42,997 nucleotides of DNA from an uncultured Rhodothermales bacterium. GTDB taxonomy: Bacteria; Bacteroidota; Rhodothermia; Rhodothermales; UBA10348. The first letter of the stretch is position 1. Every line of letters starts with the position of its first letter. The notes beneath the pieces are model-generated. The model worked only from the letters and a program-made list of their open reading frames with translations, did not search any database and had not been told where the DNA came from. A program made the position numbers and the translations under genes. The stretch is from the NCBI GenBank assembly GCA_964527795.1, contig CAZGOS010000003.1, forward strand, positions 1-42,997, written 5' to 3'. Positions 1 through 6,520 of this stretch are shown here, in pieces.

Positions 1-20
1 ATCCGTACCTGCACTATGCC

Positions 21-1280
21 ATGTTCAACAGCCTGGCGAACGTACTCACGGACGAGGCGGCGAAAGTTTTCAAATTTGAGGAGCAGGAAAAGCTCCACGA
101 AGACATCATCGATACCGGCCTTGCGAAAATCTATCAGTCCCACCTTGAAGTTGCCCGGCACATAGCCTCCGAAGAAGGAGTTGATCTGAAGATTACACTG
201 CTCGACGGCAAGGCGTTTGAGAAGGTGCTGGAATACGTACATCGAGTCGGGCCGTGGCTTCTTGTAATGGGCCGAATCGGTGTTCACAGTGATGCCGGCA
301 TGGATATAGGAAGCAATACCGAAAACCTACTCCGCATGGCGCCCTGCAATGTGTTTCTCTCCAGCCGGAGGTTCTCTCCGGATGTCGATGTGAAGGCGGA
401 CGAGTCCATGATCTGGGCGGAACCGGCCCAGCGCATACTGGACAAGGCCCCCGATTTTGCGAAAGGAATCGCGCGTACGATCGTGCATCGCTGGGCCATG
501 GAACGAGGGCACTCCGTCATCACGACCTCGGTACTGACACAGGCGCTTTCCACCATTCTTCCGGAGTCGTCCATGCGCGCCATGGGTATTATCGCGGAAG
601 ATCTGGCCGCTAAAAAGTTGGGGGAAGAAAACGCCGTTGTTTACGTCTGCCGGAAATGCGGCTGGGTCGCCCGTGGATTTGAGCCGAAGAAATGCACCGT
701 CTGTGAGGCCGGACCGGAAAAGCTTCAGAAGCTCGACCGTGAAATCATTGACGGTCTGGGTCCCCGGGACGGAGCATTTCACGAAGAAAAAGCCTTCGAC
801 AATGTTCGCTTACATTACACGGACGATGCTCGCGACCTGATTCGTTCGCTTCCCGACGGCTATCAGCGACGACGCGCAGAGGCGCAGGTTGAGAAACGAG
901 CCCGGGTACGCAAGATGACCATGATCACGAAAGAAATGGTGGAGGACGTTGTCGGGCAGACAAAGGAAACCGCGAAAAACCTGGAAGAAAAGGGGGAACT
1001 GGGCCAACGAGCGGTTGACACAGCCATGAAAGGCAAAGAATCGGTGGATCGCTATGTGCGCGACGGAGCCTTCGTATGGACGCGGGAAGCCCTTGCGCGT
1101 CTGAACAGAGTTCCGGAAGGATTCATGCGCAACGCCACGAAAAAATGCATCGAGAAGCTCGCCGCTTCCAGCAGGATGGATCTGATCGACCTGAATCTGG
1201 TGGAGGAAGGAATCAATAGCGGGTTGAACGTCATGGAAGAGAAGAGCAAGAAGCAGAACAGGCAGAAGGAGGACCGGTAG
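21..1280 (+). CDS. USP-like / Cys4 knuckle / 3x PCP_red-like repeat protein (5' end probably cut by the window edge)
   Basis: The frame is open back to nt 3 with no upstream stop, so the N-terminus is likely missing. aa ~60-115 resemble the C-terminal half of a universal stress protein fold (LLVMGRIGVHSDAGMDIGSNTENLLRMAPCNVFLSS). A rubredoxin-like CRKC-x14-CTVC knuckle lies at nt 639-707. Three ~46-aa repeats (nt 411-548, 810-953, 1074-1211) follow the pattern [WY]-x2-[ED]-A-x3-[LIM]-x2-[AVLI]-P-x-[FG]-...-I-[TD]. By eye this is the C-terminal domain of protochlorophyllide reductase subunit B (Pfam PCP_red). Confidence 0.6.
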   Translation: MFNSLANVLTDEAAKVFKFEEQEKLHEDIIDTGLAKIYQSHLEVARHIASEEGVDLKITLLDGKAFEKVLEYVHRVGPWLLVMGRIGVHSDAGMDIGSNTENLLRMAPCNVFLSSRRFSPDVDVKADESMIWAEPAQRILDKAPDFAKGIARTIVHRWAMERGHSVITTSVLTQALSTILPESSMRAMGIIAEDLAAKKLGEENAVVYVCRKCGWVARGFEPKKCTVCEAGPEKLQKLDREIIDGLGPRDGAFHEEKAFDNVRLHYTDDARDLIRSLPDGYQRRRAEAQVEKRARVRKMTMITKEMVEDVVGQTKETAKNLEEKGELGQRAVDTAMKGKESVDRYVRDGAFVWTREALARLNRVPEGFMRNATKKCIEKLAASSRMDLIDLNLVEEGINSGLNVMEEKSKKQNRQKEDR

Positions 1281-1392
1281 ACGCGACGTTCGGGGCGCGA
1301 AGCACTATGAAAACAAAACACGATATTGCGGCGCACGGTGTATCCTACGTTGCCAATGAGATTGGCGCTTATACGATAATTGAAGAAGTGCC

Positions 1393-1866
1393 ATGAAATT
1401 TCTTTGTGTGAATTGCAACGTACAGATGACTCTCGAAAAATCCCGGGGGCCGGATGACGGGTCTCTCTCGGTCGTATTTGGCTGCTCATCGTGTGGTCGA
1501 AAAATTGCCATGTTGACCAACTCCGAGGAAACCCAGGTGCTGCACTCACTCGGCATCAAGATTGCCGCGAGCGAGAAAGAGGCCGCTCCGATGGAAACGA
1601 ATCGCTCGTCTCCTATGGATAATCCAGGAGCAGCCGAGTCGCTGGAATCCGCCAAAGCAGATCCGACGGATAAAACCAGCGGCGGCGCTATCGACGCTCA
1701 ATCCGAACTGCAGTGGACACCGGAAGCCCTGGAACGGATGGACCGCATACCGGCGTTCGTCCGGGGAATGGTACAGAAAGGGATCGAGGATTATGCAAGG
1801 GCAAATGACATAACACGGGTTGACGAAGCCGTTCTCAAAGATGTGCGCGACGGATTCGGATTCTAA
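1393..1866 (+). CDS. Small Cys4 zinc-ribbon + PCP_red-like domain protein
   Basis: N-terminal CVNC-x22-CSSC ribbon, a low-complexity linker, then WTPEALERMDRIPAFVRGMVQKGIEDYARANDITRVDEAVL. This is the same module repeated three times in the upstream ORF. Confidence 0.6.
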   Translation: MKFLCVNCNVQMTLEKSRGPDDGSLSVVFGCSSCGRKIAMLTNSEETQVLHSLGIKIAASEKEAAPMETNRSSPMDNPGAAESLESAKADPTDKTSGGAIDAQSELQWTPEALERMDRIPAFVRGMVQKGIEDYARANDITRVDEAVLKDVRDGFGF

Positions 1867-1896
1867 TACACGTCCGGCGACCGCCAACGTGCACGT

Positions 1897-2604
1897 CTAA
1901 TCATCAGGTTTGAGATCGAATGTAGCGGTCTCCGTCTCACCGGGGCCGACCGTGATCGGCTTCGATTCTCCTTCTAAAGACTCATGCCATACGACCAGTT
2001 CATACGTTCCAGGAGGCACATCCTTTAGCGTGAATTCTCCACTCTCGTCCGTCACCGCATAATACGGGTGCGCAGCCACCACGATAACAGCACTCATCCA
2101 GTTATGGATATCGCACGATACGCGGGTGAAATCCGGAAATCGGAATCTGCGCCCGGCAACTTCCATCTCATTCATGGTCTTGGGCATCGCCAGGTTGACG
2201 GGACGATTGTTCTCAGGCGCTGTATGAAAATTATGGAGAATACCGTCGGAATTGCGCACCTTCAACGCCTGACCAACGGGCAGTATCACAACATGCGGGT
2301 CGAAAACACACCCTTTCTGGTCCAGTACAACGACATCTTCCGTCCGCCATGTCTGCGTCACATCGATTCCTTCCAGGTAGACGATTGCATTTTTCAGGCC
2401 GGACGACTCGCCGTCAACGATGAGTGTCTCATCTGGAATTTCGCTGTCACATGATGAAAACTCGTCGCTGACGGAATGGAAAACCGGTTCAACATCGGGG
2501 CCGTCATAACGGATCGCACCTCTGATCACCGACGTTGTCTGGGCCGTTGAGATCGTCGGAATCACCGCCGAAAGGAATAGGAAAATCAGAATTCGATTCT
2601 TCAT
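1897..2604 (-). CDS. Secreted cupredoxin (amicyanin-spaced type-1 Cu ligands) fused to a CarboxypepD_reg-like beta-sandwich
   Basis: Signal peptide MKNRILIFLFLSAVIPTISTAQ. Candidate Cu ligands are LHNFH upstream and C-D-I-H-N-W-M (C-x2-H-x2-M, the spacing found in amicyanin). The C-terminus YAVTDESGEFTLKDVPPGTYELVVWHE is typical of carboxypeptidase-regulatory-like domains. It is the last gene of a 4-gene minus-strand operon, 14 nt after the porin gene. Confidence 0.65.
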   Translation of the reverse strand: MKNRILIFLFLSAVIPTISTAQTTSVIRGAIRYDGPDVEPVFHSVSDEFSSCDSEIPDETLIVDGESSGLKNAIVYLEGIDVTQTWRTEDVVVLDQKGCVFDPHVVILPVGQALKVRNSDGILHNFHTAPENNRPVNLAMPKTMNEMEVAGRRFRFPDFTRVSCDIHNWMSAVIVVAAHPYYAVTDESGEFTLKDVPPGTYELVVWHESLEGESKPITVGPGETETATFDLKPDD

Positions 2605-2618
2605 TTTCAGCTCGGTTC

Positions 2619-3698
2619 TTAAAAGAAAATATGGAATTGAAACATCAGTTGATCCTGGTTCAGGGGCACATTTTGCGGAATGAATCGGTTGATCCGATAG
2701 AATACTCCGATCTGTAGAAACTGTGTGATAAACGGTTCGATGCCAAAGGTTAAACGATCCTGGCCGTCCAGCGTATTCTTTACGTCCCGACGACGATCAA
2801 AAAATTCGTAGGTCGTCCTGACATTGAAACCGCGCATCGGAAGGAAGTAAAGTTCGACGAAGCCGGCGAACTGTTCCCTCTTGCCAAACCGCATGAAATC
2901 GCCTTCGGCGGCTAAGGTAAATCGTCCAACATTCAGACCGGCGAACATCCCCATTTTGTAATCGATGCTCCCTCGAATATTCTGACTGAACGATCCGCCG
3001 ATTCGAAAGCGTCGAAACAGAATCTGGCCTATGACCGACACCTGATTACGTGTCAGATTGGCCATGACTGAAGTTCTCCCGGGCTCGAAACCGACCTCGA
3101 TTCCCAGATCGTGCTTGCTGTAGGTGAATCCCGTCCTTGCGCGAATAAATGCATCATCGTCGCGCAGTCTGAGCCCGAACGGCAACAGCATACGGCCAAC
3201 TTTCAAATACGAATTGAAGCGCCTGAACTGAATCAGACCGAAGAATTCGCGGTTTTCCGTGCCCGGAGCCAGTGTCTGGTCGACATAGGCCGTAAGCAGA
3301 TCCGGTACCAGGCGGACTGAGAGATACAGATTCGCTTCGGGAATCCGGGAATTCGTTGTCGCCTCGCCTTCTTCACCCTCCGGTGTCGTGTATCGAAGCA
3401 GAGAAATGTTGTCTATGCGCAGGTTGGATCCCACGGAGATCGATCTGCTAAGCCTTCCGTCAAAAAAACTCGCCGACCGGATGGGCTTCATCGCCAGATT
3501 GGTCTGCGAATAGATCACTCCAAAACTGGTCCGTTTGCCTCCTCCCGTCCGATTCACATGGCATTGAGAACACTTTAATCCTGTTCGAAGCGCCATGTAG
3601 GGCTCCGCCTGTGCCGGTTTCGTAATGGGAGCGATCATTCCAATGCAGAAAACCAGGGCAACCGGAATTCGAGTGAATGTTATGTGTGAAACGCGCAT
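2619..3698 (-). CDS. Fused monohaem cytochrome c / outer-membrane beta-barrel (Cyc2-like porin-cytochrome candidate)
   Basis: Signal peptide ending AQA. A single CSQCH motif (nt 3558-3572) lies ~12 aa into the mature protein. The remaining ~300 aa show alternating-hydrophobic amphipathic beta-strand patterns (for example NLYLSVRLVPDLLTAYV, FTLAAEGDFMRF, FNVRTTYEFFD). The terminus is the OMP-type FQFHIFF with a terminal Phe. Confidence 0.6.
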   Translation of the reverse strand: MRVSHITFTRIPVALVFCIGMIAPITKPAQAEPYMALRTGLKCSQCHVNRTGGGKRTSFGVIYSQTNLAMKPIRSASFFDGRLSRSISVGSNLRIDNISLLRYTTPEGEEGEATTNSRIPEANLYLSVRLVPDLLTAYVDQTLAPGTENREFFGLIQFRRFNSYLKVGRMLLPFGLRLRDDDAFIRARTGFTYSKHDLGIEVGFEPGRTSVMANLTRNQVSVIGQILFRRFRIGGSFSQNIRGSIDYKMGMFAGLNVGRFTLAAEGDFMRFGKREQFAGFVELYFLPMRGFNVRTTYEFFDRRRDVKNTLDGQDRLTFGIEPFITQFLQIGVFYRINRFIPQNVPLNQDQLMFQFHIFF

Positions 3699-3707
3699 TG
3701 TTCGGGT

Positions 3708-4214
3708 TCAGTCGTCTAGTGCTCCGGCTTTTATCCACGCAACCAGCCATTCAACCTCTGTTTTGGACACGAACGGCGGTCCATTCGATGGCATGCGGAA
3801 TCCTTTTTTGGGAGCAACGGCTGTGATTTTCTGGACGAGATAACTCTTCACCGGGTCACCGGGAAGAATCCGCAGTCTCGGATCTCGGTCTGGAAGCTGG
3901 AACGACGGCTGCAGGACGAGTGATTTATAGGAGTTGCCCACGGTCAAATCCAGACCGTTCTCCTCGTCCCCGCCTGTATTATTGTATCCGGATCCTCCCG
4001 GCGAATGACAGCTCGCACAGTAGGTATCGAAAATAGGCTGAATCTGGGACGAGAAACCCAACTCATCCAACGGCATTCCGCTTTGGGTCAAACCGAGACC
4101 GTCCCCCTTACACGAGAGCAAGACAGATGCGAGAAGAAATCCGATACCGACCTGGAAACCACGTCCCGAGCCCACCGCTCTCCTCAATATTTTTCCTCTA
4201 ATGAGTAAGCTCAT
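3708..4214 (-). CDS. Lipoprotein monohaem cytochrome c (PSCyt1-like domain)
   Basis: Lipobox VLLSC. IQPIFDTYCASCHSPGG plus the C-terminal EVEWLVAWIKAGA resemble the Planctomycete-type cytochrome c domain. The start overlaps the upstream gene's stop by 17 nt, and there is a 9-nt gap to the porin gene. Confidence 0.7.
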   Translation of the reverse strand: MSLLIRGKILRRAVGSGRGFQVGIGFLLASVLLSCKGDGLGLTQSGMPLDELGFSSQIQPIFDTYCASCHSPGGSGYNNTGGDEENGLDLTVGNSYKSLVLQPSFQLPDRDPRLRILPGDPVKSYLVQKITAVAPKKGFRMPSNGPPFVSKTEVEWLVAWIKAGALDD

Positions 4215-5157
4215 CGTCGTGCATGAAGAGTCGATAGAATAGATTCGGTCTTCTTGCCAGACTTTTTACAAAATACACCAACGACCATTTTCGGCGACTG
4301 TCCAGCTTCTGTGTCTCTGTATTATCTAATAGCTCTATCTCGCGCTCCGTCGGCTGCTTGAGGAAATACGCTTTCAGAGCCTGAATCTCGGCGTCGGAAT
4401 AGGCTTTCCGATAGTCGTCAAGCGTTGAAAGACTATCGCTGCCAAAGAGGAATGCGTCCGCGTAGGATGGCATCGGTGTGCCATCCATACCGGTACTAAA
4501 AGTTCTGAAGATGCTTTCATTGTCGTCTCCGCCCTTATACCCGCCACGCGTGAAGTCGAACGCATCAATTTTTCTCCCCGTGGCGTCCTTCAACGTGCCT
4601 TCCAGATGACCGGACCCGGTTCCGCGTACGCCGTGACACGTCCAGCAGTCCATGAGCATGTACAGATACTTCCCCTCCGCGAAAACGATTTCCGTCACAG
4701 TAGGCTCGGCCGGGATGTGCAACGTTGGTGCAAACTCATCTTCGTCGAAATATGGCGCAAACGCCCTGACGTACGTCGCGACATCGCGCAACTCTCGCTC
4801 ACTCAACAGGTCTCGCCAGGACGGCATCATCGTGCGCGGAACTCCATTGCGGATCGTGCGCATCAGATCATCGACGGTAGGCAGATCGCCTGTAGGCGTT
4901 GACCTGAATTTGAAAACACCGGTCGAAAAATCGCTCGGTCGTGGATCCAGGGCGGCATAGCCGGGACCTTTTCCGTCCCCCTCGTCGCCATGACAGGCTG
5001 CGCACGCGCGTACGTATATATGCTCGCCTCGGCTTCGGGCCAGAGCAGCTTCTATCAAATCAGAAGCGGTGCGTTCAGACGTCCCGGCCGAAGACTGTGC
5101 GATTGCCGGACCGGCAGAGAAAAAGAGCAGGGTCAGACTGGTCAGTATGCTTCGCAT
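4198..5157 (-). CDS. Periplasmic dihaem cytochrome c
   Basis: Two CxxCH motifs (CAACH, CWTCH), each followed by a conserved F-[KR]-x-[FT]-x-x-G-x-x-G-T-P/M-MP-[SA]-[WY] type Met-ligand segment. MRSILTSLTLLFFSAGPAIAQ reads as a clean signal peptide, so I prefer the start at 5157; the longest ORF starts at 5205. It is a paralogue of the N-terminal half of the 11462-13420 protein. Confidence 0.8.
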   Translation of the reverse strand: MRSILTSLTLLFFSAGPAIAQSSAGTSERTASDLIEAALARSRGEHIYVRACAACHGDEGDGKGPGYAALDPRPSDFSTGVFKFRSTPTGDLPTVDDLMRTIRNGVPRTMMPSWRDLLSERELRDVATYVRAFAPYFDEDEFAPTLHIPAEPTVTEIVFAEGKYLYMLMDCWTCHGVRGTGSGHLEGTLKDATGRKIDAFDFTRGGYKGGDDNESIFRTFSTGMDGTPMPSYADAFLFGSDSLSTLDDYRKAYSDAEIQALKAYFLKQPTEREIELLDNTETQKLDSRRKWSLVYFVKSLARRPNLFYRLFMHDDELTH

Positions 5158-5321
5158 CAAGTCGGCTGCCCGTTCGGTGACTCTTGAGCCGGACCTTTGT
5201 CCCATATTGTGCTCACGCTATAGAATTGGTCGAGACGACTACTTTGATAATTGTGCACGATAGAACTCTGGGTAAATCCTTCGCGGGCTTGCCGCGATGT
5301 ACTTGTCGGATGATGCGCGCG

Positions 5322-5361
5322 CTGCCGGCTCGGGCAGACCGGAATCTGCGTCAGCCGGCAG
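5322..5361. promoter_or_regulatory. Interrupted 14-bp inverted repeat / stem-loop in the divergent control region
   Basis: CTGCCGGCT-cgg-GCAGA-ccggaa-TCTGC-gtc-AGCCGGCAG: 9+5 bp of perfect complementarity with a symmetric 3x3 internal loop. It lies between the two divergent cytochrome operons. Confidence 0.3.
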
Positions 5362-5432
5362 ATATCCGAAAAATACTCAGAACCCACATCAGTTTCATGG
5401 ATATTTCCGGCGGGGAAATTCGGATTCGTCAA

Positions 5433-5463
5433 GCTTCGGTCTGACGACATGGCTTCGGTCTGA
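5433..5463. repeat. 12-bp perfect direct repeat GCTTCGGTCTGA x2 (19 bp start to start)
   Basis: Copies at 5433-5444 and 5452-5463. A 6-bp inverted repeat ATTTCC-n5-GGAAAT lies just upstream at 5403-5419. Possible transcription-factor sites; function unknown. Confidence 0.3.
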
Positions 5464-5702
5464 TAATCAACGCATTAAACGAGCGCGATGAACCGGTGCT
5501 TGGGCCGGGTGCGATAGTGCATCTTTCTGCAACGCTGTTCGGTCGCCTCCTTCGGGATCATTTTCTACCTGTTCGTTATGTACAAAACTCAGGTATTCCC
5601 CCACAACATTTGTATTAAGACGGGATTACAATTCTGGGGATGAATCGACTCGAGACATGCTGGTTCACCTGCGTCGACTCCGTGCAACCTTCAGCGCCTG
5701 CC

Positions 5703-6455
5703 ATGCAAGAACATGTAAACCCCGCATCGCCAAACCAACAAATCCCTATTACGGAGAAGAAGGTGTGCACACGCTTTCGCGCAATTCCATCACGTATCTC
5801 GATCGGGATATTACTGGGCTGTACTTTCCTCGCGAGTTGCGATATCGGGCCTAAACACGAGGAGCCTGTAGCCCCTGAAACTCCCTCCCTCACGGCTCCG
5901 CTCGACGGATCCGCTGATCAGCAGAACGCTCTCTATCTGGAATGGACCGAGTCGCCTGTGGCTTCAGCATATCATGTTCAGGTATCCACTCAATCGGATT
6001 TTCTTGATCTGACCGTCGATGACCGAAATATTCTAGTTCCGATTACACCGGTAAAAGATTTGCAGGTCGATTCAACCTACCACTGGCGGGTGAGAGCTTT
6101 TAACGAAGTGGGTTTCAGCGATTGGTCGTCGGCTTGGTCGTTCACGCCTTCATCACCCGCATCGTTTCCAGCCGTTCCACAGCTCGTATATCCGCCAGAC
6201 GGGACAATTGATCTGGGAACCACCGTTGAATTCAAGTGGAGGACTACAAAAGGTTCCAGATTTTATCATATTCAGGCATCTCTGGAACGGGATTTTTTCA
6301 GCAGGGAAGCCGATATGATCGTGGCTGACACGGCACAGTCTGTTTCGGCGCTCGTATATGAGTATTGGTATTACTGGCGCGTGCGGGGACAAAATGCCGC
6401 CGGATATGGGCCCTGGTCTCCTACGTGGTTAATCGTAATCGCGGCCGGCGGATAG
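5703..6455 (+). CDS. Lipoprotein with two tandem Fn3/Ig-like repeats
   Basis: Lipobox FLASC. Two ~95-aa repeats each carry P-x-DG-...-L/F-x-W-...-Y-x-[VI]-Q-[VA]S-...-Y-[HY]-WRVR-[AG]-x-N-x-x-G-...-WS. The start is ambiguous: ATG at 5640 or 5703, or a GTG at 5763 preceded by GGAGAAGAAG that would give a compact lipoprotein signal. Confidence 0.6.
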   Translation: MQEHVNPASPNQQIPITEKKVCTRFRAIPSRISIGILLGCTFLASCDIGPKHEEPVAPETPSLTAPLDGSADQQNALYLEWTESPVASAYHVQVSTQSDFLDLTVDDRNILVPITPVKDLQVDSTYHWRVRAFNEVGFSDWSSAWSFTPSSPASFPAVPQLVYPPDGTIDLGTTVEFKWRTTKGSRFYHIQASLERDFFSREADMIVADTAQSVSALVYEYWYYWRVRGQNAAGYGPWSPTWLIVIAAGG

Positions 6456-6520
6456 ATCCGACGCCGATAAACAGGACGATCGATTCGAACAATTGGTACG
6501 CATAATCCGGTTATAGCGAC

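Noticed and set aside
2619-3698. Alternative reading of the haem-barrel protein as an MtrB/PioB-type or generic porin
   Set aside because: MtrB/PioB-type barrels are about twice as long and carry no covalent haem motif. Here the CxxCH lies in the position expected for a fused cytochrome-porin. The generic-porin explanation stays open as the refutation case but is not the preferred call.
5157-5450. 97-aa (-) and 86-aa (+) ORFs (5184-5444) in the divergent intergenic region
   Set aside because: They overlap each other on opposite strands, have no motifs and no convincing RBS. The region is better explained as regulatory DNA containing the inverted and direct repeats reported above.
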